Shown: in pieces, positions 49,572 to 61,210 of the stretch
Layout: each line of letters opens with the position of its first letter
Numbering within the stretch: the stretch's first letter is position 1
Origin: Macrostomum hystrix
Lineage: Eukaryota > Animalia > Platyhelminthes
DNA: 64,000 nt
Assembly: GCA_950097015.1 (NCBI GenBank)
Contig: CATNEN010000001.1
Coordinates: 806,001-870,000, forward strand
Direction of reading: 5' to 3'
Notes under the pieces: generated by a model
Told to the model about the DNA's origin: nothing
What the model saw: the letters and a program-made list of their open reading frames with translations, nothing else
The model's database searches: none
Position numbers and translations under genes: made by a program

Positions 49572-52149
49572 TCAGAGCAGCTGGCAGCCGCAGCAGCAGG
49601 TTTGTGGGTAGCCATCAGTGTGTACTCGCCGGTTGTCGCCGTACACAAAGAACTGGAACTCCTTGTTCTTCCACTGGCAGTCGCACTGGAACACTGGCAC
49701 ACCGCGGATCACGTGATTCTGCATCCAGATTTTTCCGACCTGAGCCAGAGCCCTGTGCTCCTGGACGAGCTTAGCCGACTCGGTGTTGACATCGGCTTCA
49801 GGAAATGACTGGATTGGGTTCAGCAGCGGCTGCGTGTCCTCGAATAGGGTCTGCGTTGAAGAAATCGTTGGCTTGTCTAGTTTTAATAGCAATAACTAAT
49901 CATAAATTCAATTCAATACACCTGCCCTGATCGTCCCAGATGTGCAGCCGACAGCACAGCCGCAGCTATTGTGCGGTGCATCTGAAGGCTGCGTACGGCT
50001 GTTCAGTCCATGGACTGGGGGGACGCCACACCCACCCTCAAATACCACAGCTAATGCTGGTACCCGTTTAACACCTGGGTGAACCTGAAGCAATGCAGAG
50101 TTCAGGGTCCAACTAGAGGACAATTATGGGACACAAAAGTTCGAGGTTTCGTTTCCCGACTTCACTTGGTCTATTTTAGCAAGACACTACCAAAACTACC
50201 ATGCGTAACCTTCGGAAACACCACGCAATCGCTACGCTGTGCATCTGGCCCGATCTAGCCCGAAAAATCTTAGAGTTCGAGAATAAATTTTGAAGAAAAT
50301 ATTCCCGCTTGCTGTTTTACAGATAATTTGATCAGCTTAACATAGACTGTAATTAGATTCCAAAATCCGTTCTCACCAAGCCAGGCACCTCGCGAATCAG
50401 GTGGTTTGGGAGCAGCGATCGTTCCAAGATGAAGTCCATGGTGCGAGTCTCAAATCTGATAGTCAGCTTAACAAAGTACTTCACTTGTCCAGTGGCTTCG
50501 CAAACGCTGCAGGTGACTCGGCCTCTGCCGTAGCACCTGTCGCAGTTGCGTTGACCGCCGCCTTCGCAGACGTAGCAAATCCGGCGCGGCGCGTCGTGCT
50601 GCAGGCCGCTGACTGTGCCGCTGCCGTTGCACGAGAAGCAGCGGTGCCGACCCCAGCCGTTGCAGTTGGCGCACCGGATTGTGCCAGCGCCGTGGCATCG
50701 ATGACAGCAACGAACTGACGCCGTGTGCGGCACTTCGACGTTTAGCACGGCGTCGTGAAACATTGCCGGCGTGTGCACCTATTGATTATGAGTGAGAGAA
50801 CAGTTCAGAGCGCCTTTCTAGACTCTGTTTAACAGAAGAGTGACGGATTGGCTGAAAAGTATTAGACTAATGAATCTATGAAAAATTAAGTTGAGCAAAT
50901 CTGACCTGAATGTCCCAAGGTGGCGGTGGAGCTCCATTTTGTGGCCCGTCAATAATTTGGCCTCTGAATGGTTCGGAGGCCCAGTCAGTCGATCTTGTCT
51001 CCAGGAAGGTCTTCAGAACGTAGTGTACAGCCGTGCTCTGCTGCAGACTTCTGATTATCATCTCTTCGGCTGCCCGCTTGCTCCAACAGCAATGGGATTT
51101 GGCTAGGCCGACTAACAAATACCTAGCCTCATGCTCTGACAATGTGTTACCTGTGACAAAATTTTCTACGGTGCTGTTGGCACCGCTTTGCGTGGCTTCT
51201 TGATAAGACGGAGGCGGTGCCACATAAGCCACTGTTGGCTGAAGAATATCGTCATAACCTGGTGGAACAGACAATATAATAATAAAAATGATAATATTTG
51301 CTGGAGGGCTGCGTGCAATGGCATGTCAGTTAGTGACACTAGACCCGCAACCAGCGTGGAGGCAATTCTGCCCATTTCGCTGACTCCTGAGCACACACGC
51401 ACACGGATACTGTACTCAGGCACACTCTCACACAGGTGTGTACACCTGACTTTCTCATCGTCAGGGAGTGTACACTTTCACTTTGCCTTGGATTTTGGCC
51501 CTCAAGGGAGGAAATTGCACGACAAGCCCCCAAAAAGCCTTCTCTCCGCGGCTGCACCCCAAATTAATGTGGCCTCGCCGTGGAATCGAACGTAGGGACC
51601 TTGGTGCGAGAGGCAAACGTGATAACCGCTCTGCCACTGACCCTCTCGGTGGAACAGACCACAAACATGGACTAATGTTAGACAACCATGTCTAACAAGT
51701 GGATGATTGTGTCTAACACATAAGGCCAGAAGCTTTTGACCAACAATAGTTTTTTATGTTGAATAGAAATGCGACTATCAACTGTGATAAAACTGTGACT
51801 ATCAAGCCAAGCCGGTAATTTGTGAGCTCTACTCACCAGCAATTTTCTCCATCTCGCTGATCGGCGGTGCACTTGGTGTCACCGGCTCATCGCCACCCGC
51901 CTCGTGGTCCTCGAGGCTTCCTTCTAGCAGCATTTCGCGCTCGTTGCCGCCTGACACTGGCCACTGCTGCTGCTGCTGTGGTGGTAGCTGAAGACCTTGC
52001 TGCAACCGTTCCATACCTACCAGACTGCTTTGCCAGTTAGCATCACTGTAGTGTTGGTGCGTTGGCTGGTTATAAGAAGGCCCGATGTGATTCGATCCAC
52101 TCACAGCACCGCGTGGTGCACCGTATAGGCCCTGTGTGTCGTTCGACAT
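49572..52149 (-). CDS. ssuh2: SSUH2-family protein, paralog 5 (~448 aa)
   Basis: Exons 52149-51837, 51258-50906, 50778-50377, 49850-49572 (1347 nt); PSAPP, PPPSY; zinc fingers; CCCGCQLL. Confidence 0.92.
49920..50102 (-). mobile_element. SINE family A, 5'-truncated
   Basis: Matches 3135-3300; head absent. Confidence 0.75.
51273..51647 (-). mobile_element. SINE family B with 12-bp target-site duplication
   Basis: GGTGGAACAGAC at 51261-51272 and 51648-51659 flanks a full-length copy. Confidence 0.9.
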
Positions 52150-53088
52150 AGTTCATTAACTTTAATACTGTCCTGCAGCAACGGCATGCCAGCTATACTG
52201 TTTCATATATTAGTGAGCTGTTTTCTATATACTTTTCTTGCCGTGGCGGGTTTAGGTCGCAAGATATAATAATATATTCAACAGTCTTTGGATTCTGGCC
52301 TCGAATTTCTGTCTTGCTTATTGTTTCTACGCATTGTGCTCGCTTTCTCGAGCCTCTTATAGAAAGAGAGTTAAACGAGGCTAGTATAGTAAAATGGCTT
52401 GCAGCTGGCAGCCTGTACTAGCCAGTGTTGACCTGTATTCAACTCCACACCTAGGCGTGCTCGTTTTTATGTGCTCAAACCAACTACAACGAACTTACGT
52501 ACGGCCTTCATTTGGTTCGAATAATCTCGACTAGAAGGGTAGGGTTATGCGTCGAGTGAGTGTACAATTACCCAATTGCTTTAACAACTCGTTCTAGTAC
52601 AACGTTTTTGTTTATCTACATGTAAAAGCTCTGTAAAAAACGACATTAAGAAATTACCAGATTGGAAAAAAAACTTTTTTAAACACATTTCCGGTCCTGA
52701 AAGCGAATTTATTTAACTGTTCAATGTAGCAAAAGTAATTATTTAGGCATGCGCATCGCCCGGTTCCCCTTAAATAGCAGCTGGATAAATTGAAGCAATG
52801 AAGAGCTAAGTCGAGTCTTACTAAAGGACACTGGTTGTCCCATTTGATTTGAAAAAAAGCCGAGCACTCAGCCCTTAAGTCGCGAGTTTGACTATTTAAA
52901 CTCTGGGAAGTCAAGGTTTATGAAAATCAAGTTGCTATCATTTAAATTATTGTTTTTTTCAAACTCAAATATATTTGTATTCAAGTGGAAAATAAACAAA
53001 AAGAAAATATAATGTTTTTTTTCTAAGAATCACACTAGATTAAACATTATTCTAACATTCTCAAACTGCTGCTAATCTCGGAAGCGCG

Positions 53089-54248
53089 TCACTGACGTTT
53101 CAAGTTGTTCAGTCGCGTCTCGAGCTCGTCCAAATCTGTAGTGGCCCCGCCGCCTCCGCCGCTGTTGCCGCCGGCGCCACCAAGTCCACCCGGATGTGCC
53201 GCTGCCACCGTCGTGGGCTTCTTGGCACCTGAAGACTTCGCAGTGGATTCGCTGATTGTTGAAGTGCCGGGCCCGATTTCATTCAACGCGCCGCTCACCT
53301 CGATGCCCAACTCGTCTAGAACTCTACTTACAATAGCTTCGCTTTCGGCTTCATCATCGGCGCCACCGAGTACGTCATCTGTGGCATCGGAGATCAGCTC
53401 CTCCTTCATGTCCATGCACGCTGACTCCTTTTCGAATTGCATCATAATCCTTTGCAGCTCGGGCAGGTTCATTGCTTTATTCATTTTTTGCATAGTTTTG
53501 GTGACACTCTTCATAGCCTGAGTCATCTGATTGGCTGAGCGCATCGATTGAATCTTCAAGCTAATGGCCTGAATGTTTGCGCGCATCAGAATAAACTTCT
53601 TTATGTAGCTGCGTGAGCGCACCTGTCATGCACGGAATCTGTTTTCTGCGATTATTCAGACAAATAACCTTAAAGATCGGTGTCCCAAAAATATCGGATT
53701 ATTCATCAATAACTTCTCTACAATGCTTTGCTCAATCTTTGCTCAGTCTCTAGAGTCCAATTAAAAATAAACATTTAATAAACAATTTCTTTGTTCGTTC
53801 GTCAAATGTTGTTCAAATGAATGGTCATAAAAAGGATTTAAATTATGTATTTCAGCCTTGCTTGATGGCAGTGTGAATAAGCCTTTACGTGCTCTAGTGC
53901 GCACTTCTTGATACTGTTAGACTTTTTTATTTGACTCTGCATCCGTGATGACTGAGCATGGCATTGCAGAAAATCCGGGAACTTTTGGGAAACCCTCGTA
54001 TAGTTAAATTAAACTGTATTTCAACTTAGCGTCGACAGACTTACCAAATCCTTGGCCATGATCTTCACTACGTCCATCTGGCCCTGCTTGGCCATCTTTT
54101 TAATATCAACTACGAGCTTGTTCTCCTGCTGCTCTAGGCGACCCTTCTCCCGGTCAAGATCCCGCATCGCCCGGTTCAGGGCACGCTGGTTCTGCCGCAG
54201 CTGCTCCTCTGGTGTCCTCTTGCGGCCGAACAGCGATTCCAAAACCAT
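53089..54248 (-). CDS. CHMP2A: Charged multivesicular body protein 2a (ESCRT-III, Vps2/Snf7 family), ~245 aa
   Basis: Exons 54248-54045 and 53622-53089. LFGRKRTPEEQLRQNQRALNRAMRDLDRE...KKMAKQGQMD...AKDLVR...MRANIQAISLKIQ; C-terminal MIM1-type DELETRLNNLKR. Confidence 0.95.
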
Positions 54249-54689
54249 TTCCAGGCGTTGTAGGAAGCGTACCAACTACCAACCGATAAGTTATTATGTA
54301 AACTCTGTTTGAAACCAAGTGCAGATCGTATCTGCTTTGATTTTCCAAGTCATATGCGTCAAAGTTGTAAGTCAATAGTCCGTTTGTTGAACAGAAACAA
54401 TATAGAACGATTCGCGCATGCAGCTATACATCCATGTACATGTAATATGCTTTCGAAACTTACACGTTATGTTGCGCATTAGTAGGCATCTTTTGGTCGT
54501 AAGCTGATTATTTACCATAGACAAATATGTGTGGATCTGAGTAGAAACTAAAGAAGGAATCTAAGGACTACTAAGTTTATCATGGCGCAAAGGTAGAGCA
54601 CTGTTCTAGTATATATGGCCATGTCGCATACAAGCGCCAAGAAACACACATTAGCGACATTAGATTCCATCTTTTATCGGCGGGGTGGC

Positions 54690-54990
54690 ATCGCGCACCG
54701 CCGAAGATCGAGCGCAGGAGGCTCGCTGAGCCACATCGGGGTCACGGTACAAGATCGCGATGTCGTCAGCATACCCTAGGCGGGCGAGACGCACTTTCGG
54801 GTAGTGAGAGCAGCGCCTGCGCGCAGCGATGAAGCTTTCCTCTAGACTGATGGCCTGTCGCAGCACGAACTCAAACACAAAAACAAAGAGGAAGAGAGAC
54901 AGCGTGTCGCCTAGGAGGACTCCGGATGTCGTTTGGATTTCCTCTGCAGTTGGGCAATCTCGAGCGTTGATACTATAGGGGGTGCGAGCC
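54690..54990 (-). pseudogene. Non-LTR retrotransposon reverse transcriptase fragment (RTE-like)
   Basis: GVLLGDTLSLFLF...LGYADDIAIL (decayed QGD motif, intact YADD); isolated fragment. Confidence 0.75.
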
Positions 54991-56197
54991 GCAATATACA
55001 AGTCCATGACCGTAAAATAAAGAAAACATAATAATTATAAAGTAAAAAACGAATTTTGTGTTCTATGCGCAATGCATTAGCGAATTCTCTTATGGTTAAA
55101 TTCACGGAGACGAAAATTAGTTCATCGCTCACTTTTCTGGCAGATCACGACGTCCTTAATTGAAATTAATTTAGTTCATTTAGTTAAAAAATAGACTAAC
55201 TTGTTTGTCTACTTAAAAGTATAGTTTTTTAACTTTACCTATGGTAACGCAAATAGTTTTCGTAAAAAATATATTGGTCTATGATAAAAAATTAGTTTTA
55301 CTTTTAGAATTTAAATAATTGTTTTGAAAACGAAAATATTGCTTTCGATAACGCCTAGGAACCTCGGGTTGTCGTCTGCCTTATCAGTCTGTCGTCATTT
55401 ATATATTAAACGATTGCATAATATTTCACATCTCAACTGTGACAAACGGAAATCTACACGCAAGTAACAAAATTTTTAACTACTTACTTCTTTTCATAAC
55501 AATCGCTTTCTTTTGTCTGTACCTAGTGACTAGTCTGCTCTAGTAAGACGATTTTGCTACTGGAAATATTGTTATTGATTATTTTTATAAGTCAATCGAC
55601 GTAGCTATTTATTTAAATAGCTATAAATTATAGTATTATCTACATTATCATTTTAGTAAGCTGAATATCTACCAGGAAATGTCTTCAATGCCAGGTTTGT
55701 CCAGTGCACCAGCATCACTCAGAAGCCAGTCAAGAAATGAAATAAAAAGTCAAGAAATCGGCCTTAGTCTTGATCATGTTGGCCATATGCCATAAGAAAT
55801 TTGACATACTTTCTTTATTTTAGGCCAAATTATGCCAAGTGGCATTGTGGGAAATGGCCCCAAAGCTTTATGCCAAGGCAAGGGCTTATTCCCATGGTCC
55901 CGTGCCGATAATTTCAATTCTATCCACATGGATCCATGCCAACAATTTTCTGCTTATCCACACGGCAAAATGTATGAATAGGTCTAAAACTCTTTATATA
56001 AATATGCTGTGCTGTTAATTTCAATTTTATCCACACAGTTCTGTTCTTTGAAACAAGGCCCTTTTGCATTTGAACATTATGTTGAACCCTCGAGCCAATA
56101 GATCAACAAAGTTGCTAGTGTGTTATAACAGTGTTCTACATTTTGACCTACACATTTATTAACCAACATTAATGTCATCCTTTATAATTATTGTAGG

Positions 56198-58525
56198 TGA
56201 TGTGGAGTGTACTTCGGAATCGAGTGGGGTTGTGAGCCAGCCTAATTTTTCCAATTTTTAGCAAGTCAATAATCGCGACCCACATAGCAGCTGGCCGCAG
56301 AACACCATCATTAATCTTAGGGCCAGACATTGGGCGGAGGTGAATTAAGTAGCCGCCGATTCCCTTTGTCTCGGATCTGTCTAGTCCCCTGTAGGAGTGA
56401 CTGATCGCGGAAATAGCAATACTGTATGGACTAGTTTAGGTCATAATTCCCCTCCAAGCCGCGATCAGATTGTCGGGATCACTCATGCGTTTAGAGTGAG
56501 CTTTAATTCTTCATGTCCCTCTTCTTTACTGTAACCCGAGCCGGGGCTCGATTATGACCTTTCCCCCTTTAGATACATGTAACGACACTATAGGCAGGTC
56601 GGCGCCTGCGCTTCCCATATCCCGGCGGGATCACAATCATTGGCCGACTGCCGGCAGACGCTCCTAGTGGGGCATCTGGCGATTCTCGCCGCCGCTTCAG
56701 TGGGCAATTGGGGTGGCATAATGCCGACCCGATTCCTCGCTGACAGGCCGGCGAGCATGTGGGTTATTTTGATGAATGCGAGGTTGGCGGAGCTGCAGGA
56801 CTATTTAAGAGAGCGCGCTGCGCTGCCCCTAGGACAACCTTCCCAGGACACCTTCCCTCCACCCTGGACTAAAACCTACCCCCTTCCTGTCTGGTCCCGG
56901 AACTCGGTCCGTGGACTCTCCCCCTTCTAGGCTAGCACCTAGTCCCTGAGCCTAAGGCTCCAGAGCATAGCAGCAGGCAACTACCTGCTAGTGCCCTTAA
57001 GCGCAAGCCACCTCCTTAGGTGCGCTCCAAATTGAGCCTTGAGCTCCCTGCAGTCTGGCCCCTTGCCAACTGTACTCAGCAATCCCTCACCTTTTCCCCC
57101 GTTCATTTGCATTCCCCCGCGAGATCGACGGCCTGCAGCCTGTCAACCAGCGTAGTCAGATAAGTAACCCGCGCAGCGGACTTTTATTGCTATCCCTAAG
57201 GGATTTACTATTTAGCTAGTGGGTAATAAGGGCAAGGGCGGGGATTTGATTTAGCCTAATAAAACTATTAAATCACAGCTTATCTAACTTATTGGGCAAC
57301 TTAATAACAACTTAAATCCTTTTTACTATGCATTCCACTTTCTCTTATTTTATCGTTAGACAGCCCTCGATCATGAGTGGCTAACTTATTAGGGGGATGG
57401 GCTCTGGTGATGCCTAGCTGAAAGCTGCGGCAGGAGGATAACTGTGAGCGCGCATGAGAGTAATAAGGAGCTAGGGATTTGCGAGTAATATGCGGAGCGT
57501 AGCATGTGTTTCTCTGCTAGGGGTGGGGGAATTCCTTGGCGGGTTTTTCCTCTCTTTCTGGCAGATCAAGGAGTGCGTGTCAACCTCCCTTGTCAATTAA
57601 TGTTTCCCTTCTGTTCCCCGCCTCTCGCTGCCGCCGCCATGGGAGCGAGGGGTGTGATCTAATAATTTCCTGCTTGCATAATCACTCAGCCAGTGTTCAG
57701 CTTAATCTCTCCTGCCTCTGTTCTCCTCAACTCACACAGACTCGGTTTGCTAGTTATCTAATGTGTAGGCTGCAGTCTAATGTACCGAATGTGTCTGATG
57801 TTTCATGAGTAGGATTCTGGCTATGGGTTTCTTTTTCAGGTTCTGAGTACCACCTTTCTAGACCACTGTAGCGCAAATTCAGGAATCCCCTGGTGAGGCG
57901 TGTCTCGATCCATTCTGGGGTCTTCGCCCTAGTCTAAAACGGAAGTTACAGAAGGCTCTATTTTTCGGCTTGTCTAAGATCTGCGTGACAAACTAGGAGC
58001 TGCGAGCTCCGGGGACCCAAGTTCCCAAATGCCTGCGGTGGCAACGTAGGCGCATTGGGTGGTGGCGCTACCCTAGATCATTTTCCGCTTTGCCGATAGC
58101 CTTTCCGCATTTCTAAGACAAGAGCCTAGGCCGAGTCGACCACTGCTACCGAGTTTAGGGGTCAGTTACGAACATGCTACTGATGACAGTAGGCTATCTA
58201 GCCCTGTCCTATTCGCTTGCGGGTAGTCCGACATCTATTTAGACTTTTAGCCGGTTTCGAGCACTGCTTGGGGTGGGCACGGCAGTCATGCCTGTGGCCT
58301 ATGGGTTGGGTGGGACTGGCCAGCCTGAGGCCAATAGGACCACTCACTTGCATCCTTTGTACCGCCTCATCTCTCCCTTCATCTCTCCCTTCATCCCTCC
58401 CTTCGTCATCCCTCTCTGCGACAACTCGCGGCAGCAGCGATCGACCTCCGACTCTATCGTCGTTTTCCACACTCCTATCTTTCATGAGGGCGGTCATCGG
58501 CTAGCAAAAGACCCGCACTATTTCA
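56198..58525 (+). repeat. 5' LTR (~2328 bp)
   Basis: Starts TGATGTGG and ends TTTCA one base before the PBS; TATA-like TATTTAAG ~56802; AATAAA ~57258. Confidence 0.82.
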
Positions 58526-58526
58526 A

Positions 58527-58544
58527 TGGTGGCAGCGGTGGGAT
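58527..58544 (+). promoter_or_regulatory. Primer-binding site complementary to tRNA-Leu 3' end
   Basis: TGGTGGCAGCGGTGGGAT is the reverse complement of ATCCCACCGCTGCCA-CCA, the 3' end of metazoan tRNA-Leu(AAG-type). Confidence 0.88.
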
Positions 58545-59843
58545 CTAGAAAGGGCGCGAAACGAACCTGAATTGTTCAATTGTTAGTTTAGCGCCGCAGA
58601 TTTCTGTGGTAGCTAGCCGAAAGGGCTCCTTCTAGATTTCATTTTCCGTATGCCGAAATCTTATCTCTAAATAGTGAATCTCAGTTCTAGTGACTGTCAA
58701 TTAATTTCCGAACAGTTACGATTTGTTTTCAATTTAATTTAGGCGTTTGTTAGAGTTTCCAAAATTTCTGATTAGTGACTTTCTACTAAGAGTAGGCTGT
58801 GTGAGCGGATTTCATGCTAGAGTGTCTTCGGGTTAGTGGCTGCTGCAGGAGTCAGGGACTGTCTGTGGGGTTTCCCCGCGTGACTGATCTGGGAGGGGCC
58901 ATTCTTAACGAGGGACCGGGCAACGCCTTTCGGCCTTCTAACCGAGCGAGGGGAGCCCCCGGCAATGCAGCCGGGAATCGATGACTCGCCGAGCACCGGG
59001 GATTGGTTCTCTTGGGCAGCTTGCGGGCCTGCTTACGTGTACCTGATTCTGAATGTGTCACATAGCTTTGACCAAGTCTGACTTTGGTGGGGAACAGTTA
59101 GGGAGGTGGGACTTCTGAGGGAGGTCTAACGACCCCCGTGCCCGCCTCTCGTAACTGCCTACTTCAAGTATGGGCTAGAATTCGGTCGGCACGTCTTTCT
59201 AAGAGATTCTTTGAGGGGTTTTCTAAATGGGGTAGCCAGGCTTTAGCCATGGACTCCTATCCGAGCGAGATCCCAGGTATATCCCCCCTGGGCTTCCCAG
59301 TCTCGTTAATCGCGAGGGGGGCCCCCGGCAATGCAGCCGGGAACCGATGACTCCCTGAACGAGTCGGGGATTATCCTTTCTCTGAGTATCTTATTGAGGC
59401 GTGTACTTTCCAAGGTAGGGTGATAGGCTGTTGCAGGCGCAAGCTTGCAGTAGTACTGACCCCGCCGTACCTATAGTGCAACAGTCCGCTATAGGGTTGC
59501 AGAACGAGTGCTAAGTTAAAACCTAGACTTCTATGTCCCAAACTTGAGTGCGCGCAAACAGTTGTCAGTAGCCAAGGCTGGAAGCAAAGCTAGCCAGGGC
59601 CCTGGGCCCTTTTCTCTCTCACTGATCTTTGATCTCATTTTTGCTGTAGGATTGTTTGCTAAGAATAAGGAATTTGCTCGCCATTAATTAGGGCTGGATT
59701 TGACAACTCAGGCCATTCTCTTTCCCTCTCGCACGACCCCCGGTCGTGATCTGTGTTCCCCTTTCTCTCCTTCCCCATTGTTGCATTAGCGACAAACACC
59801 CCTTTTCAATTCGCAAAAACCCTCATTTCTCTTTTGGCCGAAA

Positions 59844-60395
59844 ATGTCCGACCAGGAGGATGAGGTCGTCGAGGCCATCGGCGCCCCCCGCCCACCTAGA
59901 GGCCGCGCTGCTGCCGCAGCGCGCGCCGATCCCCCAGCGGCAGCAGCAGCTGCAGCCGCCAATCAAGGGGACCCCATCGAGCGCCTAGCCTCCCTGATGG
60001 AGCGTCTAGAGCCGCGTCGAGCAAGAACTCACAGGGCGAAAGTTGCCCTGGAACCATTCGAATCGGCAGCAGGCTCTTTTCCCCGCTGGCTGCGCCGGTT
60101 TAACCTGAAGGTTGAGGCTGAGGGCTTGGGAACAGAAGAGGAGAAAATCCTCACCCTCCTGGCCCACCTAGGCGGTGAACCCCTAACCCAAGCGATGACC
60201 CTGCCGCGCCGCGTGACCTATTTCCGGTTCGTGCAGGACCTGACCGAGGCCCTCAGCGGCGCCTGCACCCCCTATGCCCGGCTCCTCAGCGGGCGCAACC
60301 TGAGGCAGGACCGAGGCGAATCATATGCCTCATTCGCCGACCGCCTGAGGTCCGCTGCTGCGCAGGTAAATACCAACGGCCACGACCCAGGCTAG
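59844..60395 (+). CDS. gag: Short Gag / capsid-like protein (183 aa), no zinc knuckle
   Basis: LEPFE...FPRWLRRF...EEKILTLLAHLGG (CA N-lobe pattern) and LRQDRGESYASFADRL (MHR-like); sits downstream of the PBS. Confidence 0.75.
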   Translation: MSDQEDEVVEAIGAPRPPRGRAAAAARADPPAAAAAAAANQGDPIERLASLMERLEPRRARTHRAKVALEPFESAAGSFPRWLRRFNLKVEAEGLGTEEEKILTLLAHLGGEPLTQAMTLPRRVTYFRFVQDLTEALSGACTPYARLLSGRNLRQDRGESYASFADRLRSAAAQVNTNGHDPG

Positions 60396-60547
60396 GGAAA
60401 GGTAGCTCCCGCTGCGGGTGCCCCGAAGCACTCACCCGGCCGTGCTAGGCGACCGAGCCCCACTGGAGACCTCGTTGGGGAAGCGATCCCCCATTCTGTT
60501 ACACTTTTTGCTCCTTTTCTCCTATTGTGCATGCCTTCCTTTTTCAT

Positions 60548-61210
60548 CAAGGCCGCCTTGGCACAAAAATCTCATAAAAATTCTTATAATTTAGCCAGAA
60601 ACCCAAAAACATACCTAGTGGGGTGAAATTCCCCTAGTACTTTTTCGCATGAGATGCCTATCTAAATGTAGCAATCTAGGGCATGCACCTTCTTTTCTCA
60701 AAGAGCATTTTACTTTTATTCGCACCACATCATGCATGGCACCTCTGCCTTATCTTGTTCATATTGGTGGGTCTGTGGGAGTTCAATTTAGGACAACTTC
60801 TAACTTAGGAGGGGCACCAACCCGCTAAAGTGAGCGGGGTGGTATGCCATGGGAAATTCTATGTTTCTTTAAGGGAGGGAAGGCGGTTTCAAATCAAAAA
60901 GGCCATCTCGGCGCCAAACCCTCTTAAAAACTCATATAAACTAATCAAAATCCAAAAACATACTTAGTGGGGTGAAACTCCCCTAGTACGAATTTTCGCA
61001 TGAAATATTTTCGTAATAACTGCCGCAAACTAGGGTTCGCACCTACTTTTCGCAAACTTGCTTATCTTACATGTTCTCTATGCTTGGTTTCGGGAGTTTA
61101 GCTATACCGGCTTCTATTTAGGGGGTATACCAACCCGCTAAAGTGAGCGGGGTGGTATGTTTCGGGAATTTTCTTCTTAATGTTTGTTTAAAGAGTGGGC
61201 GGTCGTAAAT
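60548..61210 (+). repeat. Two diverged tandem units (~350 and ~315 bp) inside the LTR element
   Basis: Shared blocks CCAAAAACATAC.TAGTGGGGTGAAA.TCCCCTAGTAC and CCAACCCGCTAAAGTGAGCGGGGTGGTATG. Confidence 0.8.

Noticed and set aside
46254-49702. 900-1100-aa ORFs in three frames
   Set aside because: 17-bp stop-free repeat.
29293-50778. DnaJ/Hsp40 chaperone genes
   Set aside because: CxxCxGxG repeats are present but there is no J-domain or HPD motif; flanking domains and CaaX match SSUH2.
56640-56930. 96-aa ORF duplicated at 63162-63452
   Set aside because: Non-ATG start, spans the LTR TATA region, no recognisable motif; duplicated only because it is LTR sequence.
58177-58210. Hammerhead (retrozyme) core CTGATGA in the LTR
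   Set aside because: No GAAA after the putative stem II; the sequence forms a simple CTACTG/CAGTAG hairpin.
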